A stretch of 64,000 bases of DNA from the NCBI RefSeq assembly GCF_044704955.1, contig NW_027254484.1:1-64000 (forward strand), in the 5' to 3' direction. The position numbers were made by a program, and so were the translations under genes. The notes under the pieces were generated by a model. It saw only the letters and a list, made by a program, of their open reading frames with translations. It did no database searches and was not told the origin of the DNA. Positions 28,065-40,936 of the stretch are shown here, piece after piece (within the stretch, counting starts at the first letter, position 1; the number at the start of each line of letters is the position of its first letter). Origin of the DNA: Pristiophorus japonicus (taxonomy: Eukaryota).

Positions 28065-31049
28065 TCAGCGGGGACAGGGCAGGGCCCGGTCGGCCGCGTG
28101 GCGGGGGAGGTGACAGGCCAGCTCAAAGGCCCGGGCAAAAGCCTCGGGGCAGTGGGGGCAGGGAAAGGCGGGCTGGTGCTGGGCCGGGCGACGGCAACGG
28201 TGGCCGAGCAGCTCCACCAGCCGGCCAAAGTCGCGGCCGCACAGGGCGCAGTCGTAGGGGCGGGGGACGGCAGGGGCGTCCGGGCTGGCCGCCCGCGCAG
28301 GGAGGGGGGCGTCCGAGGTGCTGGCCTCCGGGGGTTGGCGGATGTCAGCATACGGGGCCTCGTAGCCCTGCGGGAGTTCCAGGCCTTGGGCCTGCGGGGG
28401 TTCGCGGTTCTGCGCATGCGCCTCCTCTAAGCCCTGTGGGAGTTTGAGGCCTTGGGCCTGTGGTAGTTGCCGGTTCTGCGCATACGCATTTTCCGAGCAA
28501 TGTGGTAGTTGCCTGCTCTGCGCATGCGCATTTTCCGAGCAATGTGCTAGTTGCCGGCTCTGCGCATGCGCATTCTCCGAGCCCTGCGGCTGCTGCCGGC
28601 TCTGCGCATGCACATTCTCCGAGCAATGCGGTAGTTGCTGGCTCTGCGCATGCGCATTTTCCGAGCTATGTGGTAGTTGCCGGCTCTGCGCATGCGCATT
28701 CTCCGAGCCCTGCGGCAGCTGCCGGCTCTGCGTATGCGCATTCTCCGAGCCCTGCGGCAGCTGCCGGCTCTGCGCATGCGCATTCTCTGAGCTATGTGGA
28801 AGTTGCTGGCTCTGCGCATGCGCATTTTCCGAGCTATGTGGTAGTTGCCGGCTCTGCGCATGCGCATTCTCCGAGCCCTGCGGGAGTTGCCGGCTCTGCG
28901 CATGCGCATTCTCTGAGCTATGTGGAAGTTGCCGGCTCTGCGCATGCTGCTCCCCGGCCTCCGGCGTCGGCGGCCCCCCCCGGCAGTGCCGGGCCCGGTG
29001 GCCCCTCAGCCCCCCGGGGGCCTTGAAGGCCCGGCCGCAGCGGGGGCAGGCGTGGGGGCGCAGCGGCGAGTGGGTGCGCCGGTGCCGGCCCAGCAGCGAC
29101 GGGCGGGTGAAGCCCTTGCCGCACTGGCCGCAGACGTAGGGCCGCTCGCCCGTGTGGAGGCGGGCGTGGTGGTCGCGGTCCCGCCCGCTCTTGAAGCGGC
29201 GGGGGCAGGAGGGGCAGGGGTAGGGGGCCCGGTCCGAGTGGGCCCGCAGGTGGCGGGCCAGCTCGTAGGGGTAGCGGAAGCCCTTGTCGCAGTGCGGGCA
29301 AGCGTGCCGCGGCGGGTCGGGCAGGTGGCGCCCCCGGTGCTTGAGCAGGTAGGAGGCGGTCTTGAAGCGCTTGGGGCACAGCGGGCACGGGTAGGGGGTC
29401 TGGTCGGTGTGGGTGCGCAGGTGCTGGGCCAGGTAGTGGGGCCGCTTGAAGCGCTTGTCGCAGCGGGGGCAGGGGAAGGGTGCCTCGTCGGTGTGAGTCA
29501 ACCGGTGGCGGAGCAGCTCGTAGGAGTTGACGAAGCCCTTGCCGCAGGCCGGGCAGGCGAAGGGCCGCTCGTCGGTGTGGCTGCGCTGGTGGCGGAGGAG
29601 GTGGGAGGCCCGGCTGTACCGGCGGCCGCACTGGGCGCAGCGGAAGGGGGCGGGCAGCGGCGGGTGCAGGGCCACCCCCGTTCCTCCCCGGTGCAACGGC
29701 GACGAGGAGGCGGCGGAGGAGGAGGCGTGCTCCTGGAGCTCGGCCGCCCCCTCGAAGGTCAGCCGGCACAGCGGGCAGGAGAAGGGGCCCTGGCCGGCGT
29801 GGCCCGCCAGGTGGTGGCGGGAGAGGGCCTGGGGGTCGCAGAAGGACTTGCCGCACACGGCGCACTTGGGGCGCTCGGGGAGGGGGGCGGGCCCGTCCGC
29901 GTTGGCCGCCGTTGTCGGGCCGGGGGCCGGGCAGGGCGGGGCGGGCCCGAGCGAGGTCGGCGTCAACATTGGCGACGAGGCCCATGATGTCAACGTTGTC
30001 GTCAACGTTGGCGACGAGGCCCATGATGTCAACGTTGTCGTCAATGTTGGCGACGAGGCCAATGGCGTCAACGTTGGCGACGAGGCCAATGGCGTCAACG
30101 TTGGCGACGAGGCCAATGACGTCAACTTTGGCGACGAGGCCAATGACGTCAACGTTGGCGACGAGGCCAATGACGTCAACGTTGGCGACGAGGCCAATGA
30201 CGTCAACGTTGGCGACGAGGCCAATGACGTCAACGTTGGCGACGAGGGAGCGATCAATTCGGCGGAGGCTGCCACCGGCGCCCTCTGGTGGGTGCGCCGG
30301 TGACGGCGGAGCGTGCCGGGGTCGCGGAAGGCCCGCAGGCACTCGGGGCACGGGTACGGCCGCTCGCCGGTGTGCGAGTACTGGTGCCGCAGGAGGTGGG
30401 CCGAGCGGCTGTAGCCCTTGCCGCAGGCCCGGCAGCGGAAGGGGCGGCGGGGCGGGGGCCCGTGCTCGGCCCGGCGGTGGCAGGCCAGGCCCCGGGGCCG
30501 GGCGAAGCGGCGGGGGCAGGCGTCGCAGCGGTAGGGTCGGGAGGGGTCGTGGACCAGGGCGTGGCGGGCCAGCTCGTAGCGCTCCTTGAAGGACTTGCCG
30601 CACTGGGGGCAGGCGAAGGCCGAGGGCCGCCCGTGACGGCGCCGGTGCTTCTGGAGGTACCAGGGCGTGGCGAAGCGCTTGGGGCACAGCGGGCACAGGT
30701 ACGGGCGCTGGCGCTCGCAGGAGTGGCGGGCCAGCAGCTCGGGCAGGGCAAAGTCCAGGCCGCAGGAGCGGCAACGCTGCGCGTCGCCGCGCGGGTCCGG
30801 CGCGCCGGCGGGCGGCGTCTGCGGCGGCGACGGCGGCGGCCGGCAGCGGTGGCGGGCCAGCAGCGGGAAGTAGCCGAAGCCCCGCCCGCAGGAGGAGCAG
30901 ATGAAGGGCGTGCGGGGCGGGTGCAGGGCCCGGTGACGCCAGAGGGGCCAGGCGCCCGGGAAGCGCTTGCCGCAGTCACCGCAGCGGTGGGGGCGGCGGG
31001 GGGCGGGCGGGCCGGGCCTCCCCCGGCGGAGCGGGGCCCGGCGCGTCAT
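28065..31049 (-). CDS. Intronless multi-C2H2 zinc-finger protein, copy 2 (994 aa)
   Basis: Finger sequences are identical to copy 1; the length difference equals -3 x 9-aa and +4 x 14-aa repeat units. Confidence 0.92.
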   Translation of the reverse strand: MTRRAPLRRGRPGPPAPRRPHRCGDCGKRFPGAWPLWRHRALHPPRTPFICSSCGRGFGYFPLLARHRCRPPPSPPQTPPAGAPDPRGDAQRCRSCGLDFALPELLARHSCERQRPYLCPLCPKRFATPWYLQKHRRRHGRPSAFACPQCGKSFKERYELARHALVHDPSRPYRCDACPRRFARPRGLACHRRAEHGPPPRRPFRCRACGKGYSRSAHLLRHQYSHTGERPYPCPECLRAFRDPGTLRRHRRTHQRAPVAASAELIAPSSPTLTSLASSPTLTSLASSPTLTSLASSPTLTSLASSPKLTSLASSPTLTPLASSPTLTPLASSPTLTTTLTSWASSPTLTTTLTSWASSPMLTPTSLGPAPPCPAPGPTTAANADGPAPLPERPKCAVCGKSFCDPQALSRHHLAGHAGQGPFSCPLCRLTFEGAAELQEHASSSAASSSPLHRGGTGVALHPPLPAPFRCAQCGRRYSRASHLLRHQRSHTDERPFACPACGKGFVNSYELLRHRLTHTDEAPFPCPRCDKRFKRPHYLAQHLRTHTDQTPYPCPLCPKRFKTASYLLKHRGRHLPDPPRHACPHCDKGFRYPYELARHLRAHSDRAPYPCPSCPRRFKSGRDRDHHARLHTGERPYVCGQCGKGFTRPSLLGRHRRTHSPLRPHACPRCGRAFKAPGGLRGHRARHCRGGPPTPEAGEQHAQSRQLPHSSENAHAQSRQLPQGSENAHAQSRQLPHSSENAHAQSQQLPHSSENAHAQSRQLPQGSENAHTQSRQLPQGSENAHAQSRQLPHSSENAHAQSQQLPHCSENVHAQSRQQPQGSENAHAQSRQLAHCSENAHAQSRQLPHCSENAYAQNRQLPQAQGLKLPQGLEEAHAQNREPPQAQGLELPQGYEAPYADIRQPPEASTSDAPLPARAASPDAPAVPRPYDCALCGRDFGRLVELLGHRCRRPAQHQPAFPCPHCPEAFARAFELACHLPRHAADRALPCPR
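28457..28950 (-). repeat. 42-bp coding VNTR x12
   Basis: 168 bp longer than in copy 1. Confidence 0.95.
29959..30245 (-). repeat. 27-bp coding VNTR x10
   Basis: Counted from the translation. Confidence 0.95.
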
Positions 31050-31705
31050 CGTCCCGGGGCGGGGGAGGGTGGGGGCGCTACCCGATCGCGCGCATCGCCA
31101 GCCGCCCGCGCCGTCTCCCTCCTCTCCCTCCCGCCTTCCGACGGAGTACCCACGTCTACCGCCCTTCTTCTCTCTCCCTCGCGATCGTCACAGCCGGCAA
31201 GGGGGGGTCGCGAGTGGCGAGATAAATAGTCCGAGGCAGAGGGGGGGGTCGATGGATTGTCCGTCGAGGCTTCTTGCTCCGGGGGTGGGGGGGCGTCCGT
31301 TCCGGGCCCCACGGTTGTCGCTGTTGGTCGCCGCTGGGTCGAGTCGCTTGTCACGCGCCGGTCTCTTTGCGGGGGGAGGGGGAGCGGGGCGACGATCGCA
31401 CACCTCTGCCAGCAAACCTCCTTTTCGCACCCCCCCACCTCTCACCCCTGCCCGCAGACCCCCTTGCTCTTTTGTTTCTCCTCCTCCTCTTCTTCCCGAG
31501 GGGGGGCGTTGGGGGGAGGGGGGCAGGAGCGGGGGAACAGCCCACGGAGAGAGAGAGAGGTCGGTGTCTCTCGCTGGCCCTGCAAGGGGTGGGGGGAGGG
31601 GGGAGGAGGAAGACGGGCGAGCGTTGAGACAATGCAAATGGCCGACGCGCGCGCGCCCCACCCCCGCACACACCCCCTCCCCCCACCACACAAGTCTCAC
31701 AAGGG
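31050..31705 (-). promoter_or_regulatory. CpG-rich 5' UTR/promoter region of ZNF copy 2
   Basis: Near-identical to 21156-21810; octamer at 31632-31639. Confidence 0.5.
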
Positions 31706-32284
31706 GGCGGGGGGAGAGTCTGGATTCCGAAACATTCCGAATTTTGGAACTCTGGATTTTGGACGCTCAAAAATCAATATTGACCCCGGAATATCCCAAG
31801 TGCCCCAATTAATATATTTTGAGCTTTATCAATATAGAAGAGTAATATTATGCCCCTGAATAGTTCCCTCGCTGACTCATTCCCCCGTTGGTGTATTTAC
31901 AGATAGATTGATGGACAGATATTGATCTCATTCCGTTGATATAAATCTATCTGTAAATATATTCAGATATTGTCCGCATGTTCCCCCCCCTCCCACCCCC
32001 CAGACACCAGACTCCCGAAGCGAGCGCTCGACTCGGAACTCCTGCACGGGCGCGCGAGCCCCAAGGTGGGGCAGAGGAAACGTTCTGCAAGGGACACACC
32101 CGCTCCCCTGATAAAGTGCAACACCCCCCCCACCGACACCTGGGAGTCCCCCCTGGCCCAAAGAACAGTCCGCCCCTAAGTGGTGGAAGTGCATCCGGGA
32201 GGGCGCCGAGCACCTCGAGTCTCGTCGCCAATTGCGAGCACGCAGAAAGCAAGCGCAAGGCAGCGGAAAGAGCGTGCGGCAAAC

Positions 32285-32651
32285 CTGTCCCACCCTCCCC
32301 TTTCCCTCAACGTCTGATCTGTCCCACCCTCCCCTTCCCTCAACGTCTATCTGTCCCACCCTCCCCTTCCCTCAACGTCTATCTGTCCCACCCTCCCCTT
32401 CCCTCAACGTCTATCTGTCCCACCCTCCCCTTCCCTCAACGTCTATCTGTCCCACCCTCCCCTTTCCTTCAACATCTATCTGTCCCACCCTCCCCTTCCC
32501 TCAACGTCTATCTGTCCCAGCCTCCCCTTCCCTCAGCGTCTATCTGTCCCACCCTCCCCTTCCCTCAACGTCTATCTGTCCCACCCTCCCCTTCCCTCAA
32601 CGTCTATCTGTCCCACCCTCCCCTTTCCCTCAACGTCTATCTGTCCCACCC
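32285..32651 (+). repeat. 32/33-bp RTE-derived VNTR (~11 copies)
   Basis: Same unit as 9880-10052. Confidence 0.95.
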
Positions 32652-35600
32652 CGTGACAGGGGCTGCGACTCCCACATTGGACTATTCAGCCATCTTAGGC
32701 CTCGTTTTTAAGAGTGGAAACAAGTCTTCCTCGATTCCAAGGGGCTGCCTCTAACGATGAGATGTAGACAAGTGATATTAACACTTATACTCATTCCGTT
32801 ATATACTCTCTGCCCCAATTTAAACAGAGAGAGATATTTTACGATATTTAGACATTAATATTGACTCATTGTCCCCAAGTGCTCCATGTGCGAAGTATGA
32901 GATGTATTAAAATACAGACACTAATATTAACCCCGTCGATATGCCCTCTCTCACTCACTGCCCCAATTACAGCATAGTTAGAGACATAGAAACATAGAAA
33001 ATAGGTGCAGGAGCAGGCCATTGGGTCCTTCGAGCCTGCCCCACCATTCAATATGATCATGGCTGAACATGCAACTTCAGTACCCCACTCCTGCCTTCTC
33101 TCCATACCCCCCTGATCCCTTTAGCCGTAAGGGCCACATCTAACTCCCTTTTGAATATATCCAACGAACTGGCCCCCAACAACTTTCTGTGGTAGAGAAT
33201 TCCACAGGTTCACAATTCTCTGGGTGAAGAAGTTTCTCCTCATCTCGGTCCTAAATGGCTTATCCCTTATCCTTAGACTGTGAGCCCCTGGTTCTGGACT
33301 TCCCCAACATCGGGAACATTCTTCCCGCATCTAAACCTGTCCAGTCCCGTCAGAATTTGACATGTTTCCTATCAGATCCCCCCCTCATCCTTCTAAACTC
33401 CAGCGAATATAAGCCCAGTCGATCCAGTCTCTCCTGATATGTCAGAAATTAACCCCTTGATGATGTCCTTTCTCACCGGCTGCCCCAATTGAAGCACAGC
33501 GAGCTATTTCGGAGATATATGAATGTAGAAAGATTCATATGGATCCCAGGTTATCCCAAGTGAGATATATTAATATACCGGCAGTAATATTAACCCTTGA
33601 AGGTCACCCTCCCTCACACCTTGCCTCAATTGAGAGAGAGTTGGCGGTATTGAGGTATATATTAATATACAAAGATTAATATTGGTTCCTGATGATCCCA
33701 AGTACTATACATGAGATATATTAATATACAGGCAGTAATATTAACCCTTGAAGGTCACCCTCCCTCACACCTTGCCTCAATTTAAGCAAATTGAGGAATT
33801 TTAAGATATTTCGAGCTCGATGCAAAGAAAAACATTAATATTGCTGCCTGGTGATCGCAAGTGCTATATATGAGATATATTAATATACGGGCAGTAATAT
33901 TAAGCCCTCACTGATGCCCTCCCTCCATCCCTGCCCCAATTGAGGGAGTTTTGGAGCTATTTCGAGGCATATTAATGTATAAACAGTAATATTGACCCCC
34001 AGCCACTTGGCCTCAGTGCCCCAGGGCCCTCTTGCAGCATTTATTCAGGTGCATTGATCCCTGGGGCACCCCACTAGTTACTGATTGCCGACCCGAGAAT
34101 GAACAGTTGTCCCGACTCTCTGTTCTCTGTTAGTGAGCCCATCCTCCATCCGTGCTAATATATTACCCCCAAACCCCGCAAGCTTTTATCCTGCGCAGTA
34201 ACCTCTCATGTGGTACTTTATCGAAGGATTGCTCAAACTCCCTTCGGTCACTGAGCAGGGAAGGAGGTTTGGGTCCACTGGGATTCTCACATCAGAAATA
34301 GGAGCCAGGAGTGGGCCATTCGGCCCCTCGAACCCTGCCCCGCCATTTAATATCATCGTGGCCTGATCCGATCATGGACCCAGCTCCACTTCCCTGCCCG
34401 CCCCCTTATCGGTTAAGGAACTGTCTATCTCTGTCTTAAATATATTCAATGTCCCGGCTTCCACAGCTCTCTGAGGCAGCGAGTTCCACAGATTTACAAC
34501 CCTCTGAGAGAAGAAATTCCTCCTCATCTCAGTTTTAAATGGGCGGCCCCTTATTCTAAGACCATGCCCCCTAGTTCTAGTCTCCCCCATCAGTGGGAAC
34601 ATCCTCTCTGCATCCACCTTGTCGAGCCCCCCCCTCATAATCTGATACGTTTCGATAAGATCGCCTCTCATTCTTCTGAACTCCAATGAGTAGAGGCCCA
34701 ACCTCCTCAACCTTTCCTCATAAGTCAACCCCCTCATCCCCGGAATCGACCGAGTGAACCTTCTCTGAACTGCCTCCAAAGCAAAGTGTGTCCTTTGGTA
34801 AATACGGAGAGCAAAACTGTGCACGCAGTACTCCAGGTGTGGCCTCACCAATACCCTGTGTAACTGGAGCAAGACTTCCCTGCTTTTGTACATACAGGGA
34901 ATAATACACAAAGATTAAATATTGTTTCCCGATTATCCCAAGTTCCCCAATCGATACAGTCACAGAGATATTAATCGTTGGCGACGAATATTTAATCCCA
35001 GATTACTCCCCCCTCTCTCTCTCTCTCTCTCTCTCTCACTGCCCCAATTGCAGCCTATTGATCTGTTTTAAGATATTTTGAGATCGAGTAAACGTACAGG
35101 TGGAGAGGCCGCTCCGGATTCCGGGGGATTTCCGGATTCCGGAACGTCATTGCCTGGGCTGAGATTGGTGGGGTTGGCCAGCTGAGGTTAGTGGGGGGGG
35201 AGAGCGGGGGAGCCGAGGAGGGCGGGGGAAGAGTCAGGATTCCGAAACATTCCGAAGTTTGGAACTCTGGATTTTGGACGCTCAAAAATCAATATTGACC
35301 CCGGAATATCCCAAGTGCCCCAATTAATATATTTTGAGCTTTATCAATATAGAAGAGTAATATTATGCCCCTGAATAGTTCCCTCGCTGACTCATTCCCC
35401 CGTTGATGTATTTACAGATCGATTGATGGACAGATATTGATCTCATTCCGTTGATATAAATCTCTCTGTAAATATATTCAGATATTGTCCGCATGTTCCC
35501 CCCCCCCGCCCCCCAGACACCAGACTCCCGAAGCGAGCGCTCGACTCGGAACTCCTGCACGGGCGCGCGAGCCCCAAGGTGGGCAGAGGAAACGTTCTGC

Positions 35601-35802
35601 AAGGGACACACCCACTCCCCTGATAAAGTGCAACACCCCACCCCCCACCACCGACACCTGGGAGTCCCCCCTGGCCCAAAGACCAGTCCGCCCCTAAGTG
35701 GTGGAAGTGCATCCGGGAGGGCGCCGAGCACCTCGAGTCTCGTCGCCAATTGCGAGCACGCAGAAAGCAAGCGCAAGGCAGCGGAAGGAGCGTGCGGCAA
35801 AC

Positions 35803-36073
35803 CTGTCCCACCCTCCCCTTCCCTCAACGTCTATCTGTCCCACCCTCCCCTTTCCCTCAACGTCTATCTGTCCCACCCTCCCCTTCCCTCAATGTCTACC
35901 TGTCCCACCCTCCCCCTTCCCTCAACGTCTATCTGTCCCACCCTCCCCTTTCCCTCAACGTCTATCTGTCCCACCCTCCCCTTCCCTCAACGTCTATCTG
36001 TCCCACCCTCCCCTGCCCTCAACGTCTCTCTGTCCCACCGTCCCCTTTCCCTCAACGTCTATCTGTCCCACCC
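35803..36073 (+). repeat. 32/33-bp RTE-derived VNTR (~8 copies)
   Basis: Same unit as 9880-10052. Confidence 0.95.
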
Positions 36074-37054
36074 CGTGACAGGGACTGCGACTCCCGTATT
36101 GGACTATTCAGCCACCTTAGGCCTCGTTTTTAAAAGTGGAAACAAGTCTTCCTCGATTCCAAGGGGCTGCCTCTAACGATGAGATATAGACAAGTGATAT
36201 TAACCCTTATACTCATTCCGTTATATACTCTCTGCCCCAATTTAAACAGAGAGAGATATTTTACGATATTTAGACATTAATATTGACTCATTATCCCCAA
36301 GTGCTCCATGTGCGAAGTATGAGATGTATTAAAATACAGAGACTAATATTAACCCCGTCAATATGCCCTCTCTCACTCACTGCCCCAATTACAGCATAGT
36401 TAGAGACAGAGAAACATAGAAAATAGGTGCAGGAGCAGGCCATTGGGCCAATATAAGCCCAGTCGATCCAGTCTCTCCTGATATGTCAGAAATTAACCCC
36501 TCGATGATGTCCTTTCTCACCGGCTGCCCCAATTGAAGCACAGCGAGCTATTTCGGAGATATATGAATGTAGAAAGATTCATATGGATCCCAGGTTATCC
36601 CAAGTGAGATATATTAATATACCGGCAGTAATATTAACCCTTGAAGGTCACCCTCCCTCACACCTTGCCTCAATTTAAGCAAATTGAGGAATTTTAAGAT
36701 ATTTCGAGCTCGATGCAAAGAAAAACATTAATATTGCTGCCTGGTGATCGCAAGTGCTATATATGAGATATATTAATATACGGGCAGTAATATTTAGCCC
36801 TCACTGATGCCCTCCCTCCATCCCTGCCCCAATTGAGGGAGTTTTGGAGCTATTTCGAGAAATATTAATGTATGAACAGTAATATTGACCCCCAGCCACT
36901 TGGCCTCAGTGCCCCAGGGCCCTCTTGCTGCATTTATTCAGGTGCACTGATCCCTGGGGCACCCCACTAGTTACTGATTGCCGACCCGAGAATGAACAGT
37001 TGTCCCGACTCTCTGTTTTCTGTTAGTGAGCCCATCCTCCATCCGTGCTAATAT

Positions 37055-37486
37055 ATCTGTCCCACCCTCCCCTTCCCTCAACGTCTATCTGTCCCACCCT
37101 CCCCTTCCCTCAACGTCTATCTGTCCCACCCTCCCCTTTCCCTCAACGTCTATCTGTCCCACCCTCCCCTTCCCTCAACGTCTATCTGTCCCACCCTCCC
37201 CTTCCCTCAACGTCTATCTGTCCCACCCTCCCCTTCCCTCAACGTCTATCTGTCCCACCCTCCCCTTCCCTCAACGTCTATCTGTCCCACCCTCCCCTTC
37301 CCTCAACGTCTATCTGTCCCAGCCTCCCCTTCCCTCAACGTCTATCTGTCCCACCCTCCCCTTCCCTCAACGTCTATCTGTCCCAACCCTCCCCTTCCCT
37401 CAACGTCTATCTGTCCCACCCTCCCCTTCCCTCAACGTCTATCTGTCCCACCCTCCCCTTCCCTCAACGTCTATCTGTCCCACCCC
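37055..37486 (+). repeat. 32/33-bp RTE-derived VNTR (~13 copies) joined directly to CR1-c
   Basis: Junction GTGCTAATATAT|CTGTCCCACC. Confidence 0.95.
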
Positions 37487-39839
37487 GTGACAGGGACTGC
37501 GACTCCCGTATTGGACTATTCAGCCACCTTAGGCCTCGTTTTTAAAAGTGGAAACAAGTCTTCCTCGATTCCAAGGGGCTGCCTCTAACGATGAGATGTA
37601 GACAAGTGATATTAACCCTTATACTCATTCCGTTATATACTCTCTGCCCCAATTTAAACAGAGAGAGATATTTTACGATATTTAGACATTAATATTGACT
37701 CATTATCCCCAAGTGCTCCATGTGCGAAGTATGAGATGTATTAAAATACAGACACTAATATTAACCCCGTCAATATGCCCTCTCTCACTCACTGCCCCAA
37801 TTACAGCATAGTTAGAGACATAGAAACATAGAAAATAGGTGCAGGAGCAGGCCATTGGGTCCTTCGAGCCTGCCCCACCATTCAATATGATCATGGCTGA
37901 TCATGCAACTTCAGTACCCCACTCCTGCCTTCTCTCCATACCCCCCTGATCCCTTTAGCCGTAAGGACCACATCGAACTCCCTTTTGAATATATCCAACG
38001 AACTGGCCCCCAACAACTTTCTGTGGTAGAGAATTCCACAGGTTCACAATTCTCTGGGTGAAGAAGTTTCTCCTCATCTCGGTCCTAAATGGCTGACCCC
38101 TTATCCTTAGACTGTGTGAGCCCTGGTTCTGGACTTCCCCAACATCGGGAACATTCTTCCCGCATCTAAACCTGTCCAGTCCCGTCAGAATTTGACATGT
38201 TTCCTATCAGATCCCCCTCTCATCCTTCTAAACTCCAGCGAATATAAGCCCAGTCGATCCAGTCTCTCCTGATATGTCAGAAATTAACCCCTCGATGATG
38301 TCCTTTCTCACCGGCTGCCCCAATTGAAGCACAGCGAGCTATTTCGGAGATATATGAATGTAGAAAGATTCATATGGATCCCAGGTTATCCCAAGTGAGA
38401 TATATTCATATACCGGCAGTAATATTAACCCTTGAAGGTCACCCTCCCTCACACCTTGCCTCAATTGAGAGAGAGTTGGCGGTATTGAGGTATATATTAA
38501 TATACAAAGATTAATATTGGTTCCTGATGATCCCAAGTGCTATACATGAGATATATTAATATACAGGCAGTAATATTAACCCTTGAAGGTCACCCTCCCT
38601 CACACCTTGCCTCAATTTAAATTGAGGAATTTTAAGATATTTCGAGCTCTATGCAAAGAAAAACATTAATATTGCTGCCTGGTGATCCCAAGTGCTATAT
38701 ATGAGATATATTAATATACGGGCAGTAATATTAAGCCCTCACTGATGCCCTCCCTCCATCCTGCCCCAATTGAGGGAGTTTTGGAGCTATTTCGAGACAT
38801 ATTAATGTACAAACAGTAATATTGACCCCCAGCCACTTGGCCTCAGTGCCCCAGGGCCCTCTTGCAGCATTTATTCAGGTGCATTGATCCCTGGGGCACC
38901 CCACTAGTTACTGATTGCCGACCCGAGAATGAACAGTTGTCCCGACTCTCTGTTCTCTGTTAGTGAGCCCATCCTCCATCCGTGCTAATATATTACCCCC
39001 AAACCCCGCGAGCTTTTATCCTGCGCAGTAACCTCTCATGTGGTACTTTATCGAAGGATTGCTCAAACTCCCTTCGGTCACTGAGCAGGGAAGGGGGTTT
39101 GGGTCCACTGGGATTCTCACATCAGAAATAGGAGCCAGGAGTGGGCCATTCGGCCCCTCGAGCCCTGCTCCGCCATTTAATACCATCGTGGCCTGATCCG
39201 ATCATGGACCCAGCTCCACTTCCCTGCCCGCCCCCTTATCGGTTAAGGAACTGTCTATCTCTGTCTTAAATATATTCAATGTCCCGGCTTCCACAGCTCT
39301 CTGAGGCAGCGAGTTCCACAGATTTACAACCCTCTGAGAGAAGGAATTCCTCCTCATCTCAGTTTTAAATGGGCGGCCCCTTATTCTAAGACCATGCCCC
39401 CTAGTTCTAGTCTCCCCCATCAGTGGGAACATCCTCTCTGCATCCACCTTGTCGAGCCCCCCCCCTCATAATCTGATACGTTTCGATAAGATCACCTCTC
39501 ATTCTTCTGAACTCCAATGAGTAGAGGCCCCAACCTCCTCAACCTTTCCTCATAAGTCAACCCCCTCATCCCCGGAATCGACCGAGTGAACCTTCTCTGA
39601 ACTGCCTCCAAAGCAAAGTGTGTCCTTTGGTAAATACGGAGAGCAAAACTGTGCACGCAGTACTCCAGGTGTGGCCTCACCAATACCCTGTGTAACTGGA
39701 GCAAGACTTCCCTGCTTTTGTACATACAGGGAATAATACACAAAGATTAAATATTGTTTCCCGATTATCCCAAGTTCCCCAATCGATACAGTCACAGAGA
39801 TATTAATCGTTGGCGACGAATATTTAATCCCAGATTACT

Positions 39840-39875
<36 letters not shown>

Positions 39876-40634
39876 CCCCAATTGCAGCCTATTGATCTGT
39901 TTTAAGATATTTTTAGATCGAGTAAACGTACAGGTGGAGAGGCCGCTCCGGATTCCGGGGGATTTCCGGATTCCGGAACGTCGTTGCCTGGGCTGAGGTT
40001 GGTGGGGTTGGCCAGCTGAGGTTAGTGGGGGGAGGGGAGAGCGGGGGAGCCGAGGAGGGCGGGCGGGGGGAGAGTCTGGATTCCGAAACATTCCGAATTT
40101 TGGAACTCTGGATTTTAGACGCTCAAAAATCAATATTGACCCCGGAATATCCCAAGTGCCCCAATTAATATATTTTGAGCTTTATCAATATAGAAGAGTA
40201 ATATTATGCCCCTGAATAGTTCCCTCGCTGACTCATTCCCCCGTTGGTGTATTTACAGATAGATTGATGGACAGATATTGATCTCATTCCGTTGATATAA
40301 ATCTATCTGTAAATATATTCAGATATTGTCCGCATGTTCCCCCCCCGCCCCCCAGACACCAGACTCCCGAAGCGAGCGCTCGACTCGGAACTCCTGCGCG
40401 GGCGCGCGAGCCCCAAGGTGGGCAGAGGAAACGTTCTGCAAGGGACACACCCACTCCCCTGATAAAGTGCAACACACCCGCCCCGACACCTGGGAGTCCC
40501 CCCTGGCCCAAAGACCAGTCCGCCCCTAAGTGGTGGTAGTGCATCCGGGAGGGCGCCGAGCACCTCGAGTCTCGTCGCCAATTGCGAGCACGCAGAAAGC
40601 AAGCGCAAGGCAGCGGAAGGAGCGTGCGGCAAAC

Positions 40635-40936
40635 CTGTCCCACCCTCCCCTTCCCTCAACGTCTATCTGTCCCACCCTCCCCTTTCCCTCAACGTCTATC
40701 TGTCCCACCCTCCCCTTCCCTCAACGTCTATCTGTCCCACCCTCCCCCTTCCCTCAACGTCTATCTGTCCCACCCTCCCCTTCCCTCAACGTCTATCTGT
40801 CCCACCCTCCCCTTCGCTCAACGTCTATCTGTCCCACCCTCCCCTTCCCTCAACGTCTATCTGTCCCACACTCCCCTTTCCCTCATCGTCTATCTGTCCC
40901 TGCCTCCCCTTCCCTCAACGTCTATCTGTCCCGCCC
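40635..40936 (+). repeat. 32/33-bp RTE-derived VNTR (~9 copies)
   Basis: Same unit as 9880-10052. Confidence 0.95.
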
